The notes under the pieces were generated by a model. That model did not search any database and was not told the origin of the DNA. It was given only the letters and a program-made list of their open reading frames with translations. From Mustelus asterias (taxonomy: Eukaryota): a stretch of DNA of 64,000 bases. The stretch is taken from the NCBI RefSeq assembly GCF_964213995.1, contig NW_027590202.1, positions 558,001 through 622,000 of the forward strand, given 5' to 3'. A program made the translations under genes and the position numbers. Each line of letters starts with the position of its first letter. The stretch's first letter is position 1. Positions 36,337 to 48,980 of the stretch are shown here, one piece after another.

Positions 36337-37878
36337 CGCAGGCTGCCGGTGTGTTGAAAAATGTCTGTTTGGATTTTCTGGCCGAGTCAGTGTTTTAGAG
36401 CAGGGGAAGAACCCCTGGAAATTAATTCACTTAATTCAGGATGTGAAAGAGAGTTTCACAAACTCGACCAATATACGATGCCACCACCGGGTGGCGTGAC
36501 TTTCATTACGAAGTTTTCAAGTTGGCGCCTGAGAATCAATAAATGTCTTTTCTATTTGTCTCATTCAGTGAATTCATAGTGAGCAGAGAGCATGAGGATG
36601 CCACAGTAACTATGAAGCGGACAGATGAAGTCAGCAATACCCATTGAAGGTCACTTGTGTTCCCTGCTGTTGCATTGGCTGGAAATAGATATTGTTCAGC
36701 TAACATAAGGAGAGATGGAATTAGGCGCTTTGGAATCACAGAAAAATAGGCAGAGGAATCGACAGAAATGCAAGGACAATGACAAGTCAGTGAGAGAGTT
36801 AAGCGGAGACACAGTGAGAAAAATAAATAGACAAAGGGAGAAGCAATGGCTGAGATGGCAGCAGAAATTCAAGGAATATATGAAGTCAACAATATAAAGT
36901 ACAATCTGATATGGGAAAGGTTTATCCTGAAACATCTACTCGATTGAACTGTGATTGTAGAGCATCAGGCCACTGGTTCATTTAAATAAGTTTAAATTTG
37001 GGGCACAGGTAAGGGCCCAGTTGGCTATGTAGAGAGTGGTCATCATTAACAATGGAATTTGATCAATGTAACAGAGTCAAAAACAAACATAGTGATCCCC
37101 TAACAAGTAAGGCAAATTATAAGGATGTTTGCAGATTTCTGAATTGGTGACTTATGATGAGAATAATGAAAGTCCTCATTCCCCAGTGCCATGCGACTTC
37201 TTGATTGATTAGTTGCAGTGGTCATGAATACGTGATGCATGAGCTCCCTCTGTTGGTGCTGAGTGGTAAATGGCCTTCTTTCTGGAGATTCAATGTATTC
37301 ATTATATTTTCAAAATATGTTTCTGCCAAATCTTTCCTGATTTGTATTATTGTTACTGTGATGCAACCTGTAGATTTTACGACTCCTGTGAAATTGAATG
37401 CGAGTTGTTTTCTACACAGATAGCTTTGAAATTTGCTGTTGAGTGCAATGACGGTGGGTTCAATGCCTGTAACGTTTTGAGAACTGTCCCCAATTAACAA
37501 AGAAGGCTTTTATTCCCAACCGTTGTCGCAGCCAATTGAAACATTCCCACGACCAGGACATTAATTGTGTTGCAGCTTGAGGTATTTCCATTCACTGGTA
37601 TCCAGCTCACCACCGACTGGTGGAGCCAGACCAGAAAAGTGGCATGATTGTCTTTTGGAAGAATGAGTCGAGTATGGTTCTGTGCTGGATCTGCCTGACA
37701 GATTGGATTCTGCAGTTTGTTTTCTCCATTGCGGCTGGAAAGAGTTAGGTGTCAATTGCATCTGCGGTTAACTTGGTTTCCTCTGTTTGTGTTTGAGCGG
37801 CCGAAAACTCACTTAACATCTGGCCATGAGTCTCAGCAATCCTTAGTCGCCACGGGCTCACATCTCCAGTGTTAAGCA

Positions 37879-37917
37879 GGTTTCTGAATGAGAGTGAGCC
37901 TTCTTTCTATCTCTGTG
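37879..37917 (-). promoter_or_regulatory. 23-bp-spacer recombination signal sequence
   Basis: CACAGAG, 23 bp, TCAGAAACC. Confidence 0.9.
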
Positions 37918-39558
37918 AGTCTGGACGCGCAATGATAAACGGCAGCATCAGTCAGGCTCAGATCAAATATACTTAAACTCATGAATTTGTACGAGGTCTG
38001 GAGGTAGACGTAGAGTCATGAAGTCATAGAGTTAACAGCATGGATCCAGGCCCTTCGGCCCAACTTGTCCATGCCGCCCTTTTTTTAAAAAATCCAAAGC
38101 TAGTCCCAATCGCCCGCATTTGACCCATATCCCTCTATACCCATCTTACCCATGTAACTGTCGAAATGCTTTTTAAAAGACAAAATTGTACCCGCTTCTA
38201 CCACTACCTCTGGCAGCTTGTTCCAGACACTCACCATCCTCTGTGTGAAAAAAACTGCCCCTCTGGACACTTTTGCATCTCTCCCCTCTCACCTTAAACC
38301 TATGCCCTCTAGTTTTAGACTCCCCTACCTTTGGGAAAATATATTGACTGTTTAGATGATCCATGCCCCTCATTATTTTATAGACCTCTATAAGATCACC
38401 CCTCAACCTTCTACGCTCCGGAGCAAGATTTCCCAGTCTATCCAGCCTCTCCTTATAACTCAAACCATCAAGTCTCGGTAGCATCCTAGTAAATCTTTCC
38501 TGCACTCTTTCTAGTTTAATAATGTCCTTTCTATAATAGGGTGTACAGAACTGTACACAGTATTCCAAGTGTAGCCTTACCAATGTCTTGTACAACTTCA
38601 ACAAGACGTCCCAACCCCTGTATTCAATGTTCTGAGCAATGAAACCAAGCACGCTGAATGTCTTCTTCACCACTCTGTCCACCTGTGGCTCCACTTTCAA
38701 GGAGCTATGAACCTGTACCTCTAGATCTCTTTGCTCTGTAACTCTTCTCAATGACCTACCATTAACTGAGTAAGTCCTGCCCTAGTTCAATTTACCAAAA
38801 TGCATAACCTCGCATTTATCTAAATTAAACTCCATCTGCCATTCGTGAGCCCGCTGGCCCAATTTATCAAGATCCCGTTGCAATCCGAGATAACCTTCTT
38901 CACTGTCCACTATGCCACCAATCTTCGTGTCAACTGGAAACTTCCTAAACATGCCTCCTTTTTTCTCACCCAAATCATTAATATAAATGACAAATAACAG
39001 TGGACCCAGCACTGATGCCTGAGGCACAACGCTGGTAACAGGCCCCCAGTTTAAAAAACAACCCTCTACAACGCCCTGTGGCTTCTGTCATCAAGCCAAT
39101 TTTGTATCCATTTTTAGCTACCTCCGACAGAGCGATATTAGCTACATAGAAGCGACTTTTAAAAACATCTGCTTTGTTTTCATAACTATCAGTATCTTTC
39201 CGCACTATAAACACGGGCTGCGTGTCTGGATGTTGTCGGTACCAGTGCAGCCGATAGTCGCTCTCTGCTCCTTAAAAGTGGAGTCACAGGTGGACAGAGT
39301 GGTGAAGAAGACATTCAGCGTGCTTGGTTTCATTGCTCCAGGTTAAAGTCACGATCTCGCCTTCTCTCTTAACATCTGATGTGAGCGGCTGGGTGACAGA
39401 ATCTCCATGTCTCAAATATGGAAATAACAACACAGAAAATGGTCAGAAGGGCGTATGATTAATTTGTGGTCTGGAACCAAGCTTGGGAAACGTGTGAAAC
39501 AGTGCAATGTTTTTTGCACGTAATTACCTGTCAGGAATGATCCCCACAGCAGCTGCAT
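37918..39558 (-). pseudogene. TCR alpha/delta-type V gene segment, disrupted
   Basis: Leader 39528-39558 (MQLLWGSFLT-G|GT), then GDSVTQPLTSDVKREGEIVTLT, DYRLHWYRQHPDTQPVFIV..SRF and LSLTDAAVYHCASR. The acceptor reads CAT, the first Cys is lost and a CR1 is inserted. Confidence 0.9.
38012..39125 (-). mobile_element. CR1 RT and 3' fragment inserted in the V exon
   Basis: ORFs 38173-38751 and 38782-39027, with a CTATGACT-type tail. Confidence 0.93.
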
Positions 39559-40129
39559 TGCCGCTGTCGCTCTGTAAAAGGGGAGCTGCGTGTTTGATTT
39601 TATCCGGTCTAATCCCAGCCTTCAATAATCAGCTTCCTTTTTTCGTATGTTCTCAGCTCCCTCCCTTCTGTCTCCAGTGGTGCTGTGTGACGCCCAGGTG
39701 GTGAGATAGCAGACAGTAACAAGACGCACCGTGAGCTGGATTAATATAATCAGCCTTACAGAGAGAACGTACACATTTAGCGATTGACTTGGGGAAGAAT
39801 GTAGAAAAATGGGGTACAGGAACATGGGAACAGCAGTAGGCCATTCTGTCCTTCGATTCTGCTTCGTCATTCAGTTAGATCAGGGCTGATCAGCCTGAAC
39901 GCAACTTTCCCGCGCTATCTGCATCGCGCTTAATGCCATTAGGCTCCCAAAAGCTGTTGATTTTTTTGAACATGCTCAATAATTGACATTCCACAAAAAA
40001 ACCCTTATTTTCTTACTGTGACCCGGAAGCTAATGGAGGCTAAATAGTTCTGTCCTTGTTTTTTTTTTCTCAATACGTCCATTAGCCTTATTATCAGGAC
40101 AGTTTTAACAGTGATTCCCGTGAATTGTT

Positions 40130-40420
40130 TCTGTGTGTGGGACATGGATACCACTAGTTGTCCATCGGTAGTTGAGATCAACCACATTGTTTTGGCTTTG
40201 GAGTCACGTGTAGGCCAGACCAGGTAAGGACGGCAGATTTCATTCCCCAAAGTACATTAGTGAACAAAATGGGTTTTTCCGACAATCGACAATGGCTTCA
40301 TGGTCGTCAATAGATTCTTAGTTGTCGATATTGTTTTAGTTGAATCGGGTCCGCGCAACATTCGCTGAGTTTCTGGATTAATAGTCTCAGGATAATACCC
40401 CCTCGGCCATCGCCTCTCCT
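40130..40420 (-). mobile_element. Second tRNA-derived SINE family (Deu/SacSINE-like), degenerate
   Basis: tRNA-like head at ~40370-40418 and a conserved body AAATCTGCCGTCCTTACCTGGTCTGGCCTACA on the minus strand. Confidence 0.55.
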
Positions 40421-40543
40421 GTTGTGAATATCAGCAATACCGAAAATGTATAGAAGCACCACAGAGTGAATCATGCTCTATTTATAGCCCAATATTATTA
40501 CCATTCTCTGGTCCGTTCATCTTGTCACTCTGGGGCATTGGTT

Positions 40544-40780
40544 TTTTTTCATACCAGGCTCCCTCTGGTTTCTGTCACCGCGTCTCTCAGTCCACAGTAA
40601 TACACCGCGCTGTCCGACAGCCGCAGCTCACACATGCTGAAGTTCCCCTCGCTTTTCGACCTCTCGATATATGCAGAAAATAGTGTTCCCACACCCTTTG
40701 CACTGGGAATATCTCCATAATAAGAGATATAGATCAAGAAGATGGGGGCTTTCTCCGTTCTTTTTGCTGGGAACCTTCTC
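40544..40780 (-). pseudogene. 3' half of a second TCR alpha/delta-type V segment with a dead 23-RSS
   Basis: APIFLIY...LRLSDSAVYYCGLR, then heptamer CGCGGTG (40576-40582), a 23-bp spacer and ATGAAAAAAAACC. Confidence 0.88.
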
Positions 40781-40844
40781 CCGGTCCTGGCGATACAATT
40801 GAATGTAATATGCACCAGCTGGTGCGCAGTTAACCTATTGGTCA

Positions 40845-41788
40845 CCGGGGCATTGAGTTTAAAACATGGCGAGTCATACTGCAGCTTTATAGCACGTTAG
40901 TTCGGCCGCACTTGGAATATAATTTTCAATTTTGGTCGCCACACTACCAGAACGATGTTGAGGCTTTGGAGAGGCTGCAGAAAAGATTTACCAGGATGTT
41001 GCCTGGCATGGAGAGCATCAGAATCATAGAAACCCTGCCGTACAGAAGGAGGCCATTCGGCCCATCGAGTCTGCACTGACCACAATCCCACCCAGACCCT
41101 ACCCCCACATGTACACGTTAATCCCTCAAACCTACGCATCTCAGAACTCTAAGGGGCAATTTTAGCATGACTAATAAACCTAACCCGCACATTTTTGGAC
41201 TGTGGGAGGAAATCCGAGCACCTGGAGGAAACCCACGCTGACACGAGGAGAATGTGCTTACGCCACAGACCGTGACCAAAGCCGGGAATCAAACCCAGGT
41301 CCCTGGAGCTGTGAAGAAGCAGTGCTAACCACTGTGCTACCATGTCGCCCATTAGCTAAGAAGAGAGGTTGGAGAAACTTGGTTTGTTCTCACTTGAACG
41401 ACGGAGGTTGAGGGACGACCTGATCCAAGTCTACAAGATTCTGAGGGGCATGGCTAGAGTGGATAGTCAGAAGGTTTTTCCCAGGGTGGAAGAGTCAATT
41501 ACTAAGGGGCATAGGTTTAAGGTACGAGGGGCAAGGTTGAAAGGAGATTAATGAGGTAAGTGTTTTACATCGAGTGTGATGGGTGCCTGGAACACGCTGC
41601 CGGGGGAGGTAGTGGAAACAGATACGATAGTGACATTTAAGGTGCGTCCGGACAAATATATGAGTAAGGTGGGAATAGAGGGATATGGTCCCCGGAAGGA
41701 TAGCGGGTTTTAGTTCAGTCGGGCAACATGATCGGTGCAGGCTTGGAGGGCCTAAGAGCCTGTAACTTTCTTTGTTCTTTGTTCTTTG
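40845..41788 (+). mobile_element. CR1 3' fragment with a nested SINE
   Basis: RPHLEY, FTRMLPG and RLRDDLIQVYK motifs, with a TTCTTTG tail. Confidence 0.9.
41019..41350 (-). mobile_element. HE1-type V-SINE
   Basis: Reverse complement of 2240-2562. Confidence 0.9.
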
Positions 41789-43190
41789 AGTCCCATTAAA
41801 TGGAATGGGTTCAATCTATAATTGTTTGGGTGAAGATATTTACATGTATTTCCGGTCTCTCCAGCGATTGGTTAATTCCCAAACGAATCAACTGGTGACG
41901 TCCAATCATGTCCCTGATTCTCCAATTCATCCAATCAGCTCACAGAGCCTTTGTTCTCCAGTTTATTACGTCAGAGCAGGGCCAGTGAATCAATGAAGTT
42001 GTTTTCCCCACAGCGGGACCGAAACGAGGATTCACCGCAATGTTGGCCCTTTAGCCAAGACAGCTTCTGAGGTGGTGACAATGAGGTAAATGGTTAATGC
42101 TGTCCTTGTAACAATGTCGGGAGTTCCCATTCAACAGTCTGAATATTTTGCATATCCTTTTTCACGTTATATGAACTTGAAAATATCTACAACGAAGAAC
42201 GAATGTTCCAAAATACCATTTTTGATTTTGATGCCCTTGCATTTAATATCAGCGGGGTTCTTGTCAAACATTTTGGAGGGCCGAAGGGCCTGTTTCCTGT
42301 GCTGTACTGTTCTCAACAGTGGGTGGGGGCGGTGGCCGGGGAAGGGGTGTGCTTCCACAGGTTGATCTTCAGATTCAATGTCACCGAGGAGATCCATCTA
42401 CCTGCCTAAAGAATGTTCCTGGAGACCCATCTTCTTTCTCAGGAGGTCCATGTCCACCTCAGAATTTCTATTACCGAAATTGACCTCATCCAAAACTCTC
42501 GGAGGCAATGAGTTCCAGGTCCTGAGCACTCGCTGTGGAAAAGATGTTGCTTCCAAATCTTCTTCGCCCCCGCCTTGCCCAATATCTTAAAAATTGCCCC
42601 TCCCCCTCTAAACTTGCCCTAATCTTGTCCACCTCGATTAAATCGCTCCTCAATCTCCTTCGCTCCAATGGACAACAATCCCAGCATCACAAACCAGAAA
42701 CCTCTGGCTAATTTGAACTTTTCAAAACTAAACTTACTCCAAAGAAATTCCTCCATCTGATTTAACTGAAATTTGTCAACTTTTAAAAAACATTTCTGTG
42801 TATTTTGCTTCTTAAAATTAAACATGTTTAATCAGAGTTCATCAACGTTTTAGAAAATGTTTTCACTATTTTGAAAAACGTAATGTTTCCACGTATTTTT
42901 CGAGAAATTTCCAACTTTTTAAAAGGTAGCTTAAACTTGCTAACATATTTCCCCGAATACTTTAACGAGAATTCGTCATTTAAATAAACTATTTTTTAAA
43001 AAAAAACTTAATTGAACTTTATCAGTATTTTTTTCTTAAAATAGTCAACATTTTTTTGAACAATCATTGGCTAAGATAAATTTCATCACAGAAGCTGACT
43101 GCATTTGGTCAACATTTCTCTGAATTGGTCAACACACATTTTTCACCCACACGAATATGGAGTTTGTGAACTACTGTTAAATTATTACAC

Positions 43191-43263
43191 CGAGCCAGCC
43201 AGGAGTCGAACCTGGAATCTTCTGATCCGTAGTCAGACGCGTTATCCATTGCGCCACTGGCCC
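43191..43263 (-). tRNA. tRNA-Arg(ACG), consensus sequence
   Basis: GGGCCAGTGGCGCAATGGATAACGCGTCTGACTACGGATCAGAAGATTCCAGGTTCGACTCCTGGCTGGCTCG. All stems and both A and B boxes are intact; only T3 lies immediately downstream. Confidence 0.97.
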
Positions 43264-44570
43264 ACAGCAAAGCCGCATGCAGCAATGTTTACATATCGGT
43301 CCGAGGCTTCAAAATCGGCAGAAACATGGTCAAAACATTTTAATGAGGAAATGTTGCATAATTAAATTTTTCTCTACTCACTTACAGTAATTCTACTTTG
43401 CCTTGAATTGAGTTAACCTGCTGTGTTGGAATTCGAACCCTGGTTCCCAAAGCTTCAGCCTGCTTCTCTGCGTTATCAATCCAGCGTCAACAACGTGACT
43501 CGAAACCGTACCCCTCCCGCCAGTGAATCCACGATTGAATATTACCTGAATGTAGTATCTTACAATCATATGACATTGGCCCTTACTTGAGCCACAAAAT
43601 ACATTCAGGAAAAGAAAAAAGTGCGGAAAATTCACGACAAACTGAGCAGGAAAGAAGACACACCTATTCTGACTCAGCACGCATGTTATCAGTTTATTCA
43701 GTGGCTAAAAGAGCAGGGCAGAGGATGGGAATCCTGTGGGAGTAACTCACCTCCCGACTCCCACAAAACAGTCCACGATCGACGTGGCACAAGTCAGGAG
43801 TGCGATAGAATATTCTCCACTTGTCTGCATGATGCAGGAATCCACCAAAGGCATTTTAGACAGCATCTCCCAAACCCAAGAGCGCTTCCACCTGGCCCCT
43901 GCCACCCCCCCCCCCCGCCCCCTCTCCCCCCCTCCCCCCTCCAACGCCACACAGCCAACACCACACTCAATTCCCTCAGCATTCTGATTTGGAAATATAT
44001 CGCCGTTCCTCCACTGTCATTGGGACAAATTCGTGGAATTCCCTCCCTAACAGCACTGTAAGTGTACCTGTACAAATGGATTACAACGTTTCAAGAAGGC
44101 AGCTCACCACTACTTTCTCAAGGCTAAATACTGATGGGCAGTGCATGCTGATCTAGCCAGCGACACCCACATGAACAAAAAGAATCATCCAGGCAGCTCA
44201 CTGAACCCATAATCATGGGGCCAGCTGAAGAGGTGAATGGAGATAAAATGAATGTCAAGTTACATAGCCAACCCTGTTGATCATATATTTATTTTCGAGC
44301 GAGTGTGTTGTGCTGATAGTTTCCGCACAGTTTGTGCTCAGGTTCTCAAACGAAACCCCATGTGGACCAATCCCAATGTCTGCAATGCAAAGAAAAAAAC
44401 AAAACCTGCAGCTCATGAAATCTGATCAAATCTTCGTGGGAGAGGGCGGCACAGTGGCTAATTCTGCTGGCTCACAATACCAGGGACCTGGTTTCGATTC
44501 TGGGGTTAGTCACTGTCTATGTGGATGGAGATATACAGCTTTTTAAAGTTGCAGCAGTAGCTCACCGATA

Positions 44571-44643
44571 GTCCCAGTGACCTAACGCGTAAGGCACTGG
44601 CTTCCTAAACCAGGGAGCATGTGTTCGAGGCACTTCTGGGATG
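44571..44643 (+). pseudogene. tRNA-Arg(CCT) pseudogene
   Basis: CCCAGTGACCTAA..TAAGGCACTGGCTTCCTAAACCAGGGA, with a degenerate T-arm. Confidence 0.8.
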
Positions 44644-44729
44644 CGGCTTATTTTAACACTTAGGTGTCCAACATTGGCAAATGCATTTCTTGCCAACTAA
44701 TCCTGGCTATTTCTGGGCAGATATGTTTT

Positions 44730-45048
44730 GGGTGGTACATTGGTTAGCACTGCCGCCTCAAAACGCCAGGGTCCGAGGTTCAAATCTGGCATCGGGTCGC
44801 TGTCTGTGTGGAGTTTGCACATTCTCCCGTGTCTGCATGGGTTTCCTCCGGGTGTTCCGGTTTCCTCCCATTGTCCAAAGATGTGCGGCTAATGTTGATT
44901 GACCGTGTTAAATTGGCCCTAGTGTCAGGGGTATTAGCAGGGTGAATGCATGTAGTTACAGGAGTGGGGCCTGGATGGGATTGTGGTCAGTACAGACTTG
45001 ATGGGCCGAATTGGCCTTGTTCTGTACTGCAGGGATTCTATGATTCTA
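44730..45048 (+). mobile_element. HE1-type V-SINE
   Basis: Head, V-domain and GATTCTATGATTCT tail. Confidence 0.9.
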
Positions 45049-45396
45049 ATGGAACCTTATAACATTCTGACCGGGTGAAACAGGGTAGATTCAGAAAGAA
45101 TATTCTCGTTAGTGGGGAGTCCAGAACTCGGGATAATAGTTTGAGGATAACGGCTGAGATGATGAGACTTCCTTCAGCCAGAGAGTGGTGAATCTGCAGA
45201 GTTCACTCCCACAGAAAGTAGTTGAGGCCAAACACTATGATTTCAAGAGAAGTTTAATATAGCTCTTGGGGCTAAATGGCGGATCAGGGTATTGAATTTG
45301 ATTATCAGGCATGACAACAATGAATGGTAGATGATGTTCCAATGACCTACTCCTGCTTTCGATGTTTTGATGTAACAGGGATAAGAAGAAACAGTA

Positions 45397-45477
45397 GGGC
45401 TAGTCTCGGATTTCAACTCGGGATCTCGGTGGTTAAGGCATACCAAAATGCGATTCATACCCCTGCATCAAGGAGCC
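45397..45477 (-). pseudogene. tRNA-Pro pseudogene with extra bases 3' of the anticodon
   Basis: GGCTCCTTGATGCAGGGGTATGAATC...GATCCCGAGTTGAAATCCGAGACTAGCCC, 81 nt versus 72. Confidence 0.7.
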
Positions 45478-45741
45478 TATAAGCAGCCACTGATTGAAAG
45501 AAAATATGTTCTCTTGGCCATTCACAGCCGATCAGATAACTGCAGCGAAGGCGGAAGATGCTGCAGAAACCTAGGAATTCAGGCAGAATTTGTTGACAGG
45601 GAAACAAATCTCATCTTTTACATCCATGGCCTTTCATTACAACAGGAAAAGGTGAAAAATGTGGGAATTTGAAACGACTGAAACTCAGGAGGGAGGAAAT
45701 GTAACAACAGGAATAGTCTGGAAGTCAGGAGAAATGAAACG

Positions 45742-46226
45742 ATTAGTTTTATTTATTATTGTCACATGTATTAGTATACAGTGAAAAGCATTTTTTCTTG
45801 CGCGCTATACAGACAAAGCGTACTGTTCATAGAGAAGGAAACGGGAGCGCAGAATGTGGTATTACAGTCACTGTCAGGGTATAGACAAAGATCAACTTAA
45901 TGCAAGGTAATGTCCATTCAAAAGTATGATGGCAGCAGGGAAGAAGCTGTTCTTGAATCGGCTAGCACGTGACCTCAGACTTCTGTATCTTTCTCTCGAA
46001 GGAAGAAGATGGAAGAGAGAATGTCCGGGGTGCGTGGGGTCCTTAACAATGCTGGCTGCTTTGCCGAGGCAGCAGGAAGCGTAGACAGAATCAGTGGATG
46101 GGAGGCTGGTTTGAGTGATGGATTGGGCTCCATTCACGACTCTTTGTAGTTTATTGCGGTCTTGGGCAGAGCAGAAGCCATATCAAGCTGTGATACAACT
46201 TGAAAGAATGTTTTCTATGGTGCACC
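45742..46226 (-). mobile_element. Rex1/Babar-type LINE 3' end
   Basis: KAASIVKDPTHPGHSLFHLLPS..RFKNSFFP, homologous to 22425-23145. Confidence 0.88.
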
Positions 46227-46906
46227 TGTTGTAGGTAAAAAACCTCTGACACTGTTAGTGGTTCAAAATGCAGTGTTTATTTTCACAATTGTGGGAGAAG
46301 TGAGGTTCCTAACAGTGAACCCCCAGCCTTCTCATCGAACACAAGTAAGAACAGAGTTTATATATGTCCCGGGCCCCGCCCTCATTACATTGCAAAACCT
46401 GAGATGGCTGTCATTGTTCATGGTGAGATTCTTGTTGTTTTAGCAGTGTCTTCCTCTGCGTAGTTTGTCCGATCTCCAAGGCCACGATTGTTCGTCATTT
46501 ATATTCTTGAAACAACATCACAGGTTTTGCACAAACAAGTTAACTAATCTACATACAGATTTGTATAATACTTTATATCAGGATAAGATGAATAACGTAT
46601 GATGAATATATATATATATATATGAATCTATGGTCATACAAAGACAGAAGGTATACATGTCAACTCCATCGTGTTAAACAAAGGTACATAAAAATGGAGA
46701 CTGTTTAGCTTATTTCGAGCTGGGTTAATCGCATTTCTTGATAACAAATGGAGACAGATGAATAGCTGTTCCTTTTATCTGGCACAGACATGAAAAACAC
46801 CGAACTCTGACAAAAACATGGACTCTGCAGTGTTCTCAACAAAATTACAGAGTTTGGGTCTTAATGCTTAAGTGTGACAAAGTTCATTAACCCATTCCCG
46901 ACTGCA
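46227..46906 (-). repeat. 3' LTR (680 bp), preceded by PPT AAAAGGGGGGAG at 46907-46918
   Basis: About 97% identical to 54465-55139 by manual count. Confidence 0.95.
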
Positions 46907-46957
46907 CTCCCCCCTTTTGGTCGGATGCCAGGTCCAAACATGGCATTTATGACCAAC

Positions 46958-48380
46958 TCAGAACCACATGTTTTCGGGGAATGGGCCTAGCTCCTTAGTT
47001 GGGAGGTCTGCCCCCTCCACCTGTACACTTGCGACTGTCATAATTCGCGCTGTTACTGTTTTGCAACAGGCATTCAATAATGCCATACAAACACAGCAAG
47101 TAATTACAATTACAATTAATACAATCAATCCATGCATCAGGTATGAACCCCACGACCCAACCATTGCCCCAGCCAGCCAGGAGGGTTATACTCATGATAT
47201 TGGTTCCCTTCTTCCTGTATTGCTTTTGCTACTTGTTTAATATGATCTGCTAAGCGAGTTATATTCTCCGAAGCTTCGGGAATATACGTACAGCATTCGA
47301 AGCCAGCTATGGCACATGTTCCTCCTTGGGAGGCTAGCACATAATCGAGTTCCAATCAGTTCTGTAACGCCACAGTCCGAATAGCTACGACCTCTGCTGA
47401 CATTTCAGAGATGGCCGTGCTCACCTCCTCGAACCCATCCTTAGTCTTATTTGCAACTTTCTCTAGGGTTGAGGCCATCCGTATCAGTTCCTGTGCTGTC
47501 TTTGCCGTCCCAAAAAATTGGTAGGCTATCATGAAGAACCGTTCTGTCTCACTAATGGCTCGCTTAGCCCTAAGCAGGTGTATTTCGGGGTGGTCCCATA
47601 AGTCAGTGTAATGGTGAATATAAGGCACCACATATGCCAAATAACACGATCCTGTCCAATTCCAGGGAAGCCACGGATAGGCATTGTTTCCACAGACAAA
47701 ATAGGTACCATTATATGCAGTCATCTCGCTTACATAAGCGGAGGAGAGGCTAACCGGGACAGTGGCTATGGGGCACTGGATTGTGACCTGTATCATGGCC
47801 TCAGCGTCATCAGTGATATCAATCTGTTGTATACAGTAGCTACGGCCAACAGGTATGGTTCCATTTCTTGTCAGGCAGATAACTTCCCTCTGTTTATTTT
47901 TCACAACAAAGTAGGGTGGGGATCCTGATCTGTCGTAGCCGGGCTGGTAATTCTTCTTAAAGGACGATAAAGTGCACCCTCCGCCCCCTAGCCTTGAAAC
48001 AACATCACTGTTGCTGATACCCTGCATAGTGGTACCCGATGGGGTTTTAAATGTCAGTTGCATTGTCCCTTTCTGGGTTCCATTCTGATTTAAAACCCAT
48101 TCAATTACTTCTAGAGCTGATAAATGGATAGGAAATAAGGGAATTCCTCCCTTTCCTCCATGCATGGGAATGTGTGAACAGACCCAGCACTTGGTCAGAT
48201 TCGATTGTGATGCTCTCCTGGTACCAGATAAGACATATACACAAAGATGTTCATACAATAGACAGAGTCATCGTTACAGAGATGATCATTGTGCTTCATC
48301 CCTAACTCCTCATAATTCAATTTATATTCTCCTGCTATGGCTAACAGGGCCAGGGTCGTGAGCATCAGCATGAGAAGCAT
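46958..48380 (-). pseudogene. env: Retroviral env, disrupted
   Basis: Signal peptide MLLMLMLTTLALLAIA, CWVC, furin site RAKR, ISD LQN*LELDYVLASQGGTC, CX6CC and a TM helix. One stop and frameshifts. Confidence 0.93.
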
Positions 48381-48689
48381 CTTATCACTTACTAATATCC
48401 CGCCCGACCGTTATACAATGGTCCAAAGGCTATATCGCCCACGCACAACACCGCGGATCCGCGAACCCGTTCAGCTTGCTTGGAGGTCACTTTGTTTGCT
48501 TATATCTGTAAGTGGAGTATATCACATATTTTTCCAATTAATTTCAGCATATTCAATTGAGTATATACAGGCACAGATATCTCCACTAATTATAACTTCA
48601 TGCGGCTCATTTCATTTTTGTACAAGCCCTGATTTGTTAGGTAATATTTTTACTTGGACATCCCACTGTTGGGACTGTCAGGGAGCATG

Positions 48690-48980
48690 TCAAGCTCTCT
48701 CTGCATCTCTTATTTCTTGATTGTCTTTTACCGATTTATGCATCCCTTTTAGTTGGGTGCTTAGTTCCAAAACATATCTCTTGATTTTATCTTTTAGTGG
48801 ACCTACATCGGTCCCACCTGTTATGGTGCTTTTTGGTAATTGCATCGTCCGTCCTGTCATTAGCTCATAAGGGGTTAATCTGGTTGTTTGGTTTGTAGCA
48901 ACCCTTAAACTCATTTAGTATGGTGGGCAATACCTTCATCCACGTTTTTTTCCCGATGTCTGTATGGCCTTCGCCAGTGC
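48690..48980 (-). pseudogene. pol: Integrase C-terminal fragment (second copy)
   Basis: TTRLTPYELMTGRTMQLP..DVGPLKDKIKRYVLELSTQLK. Confidence 0.85.
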
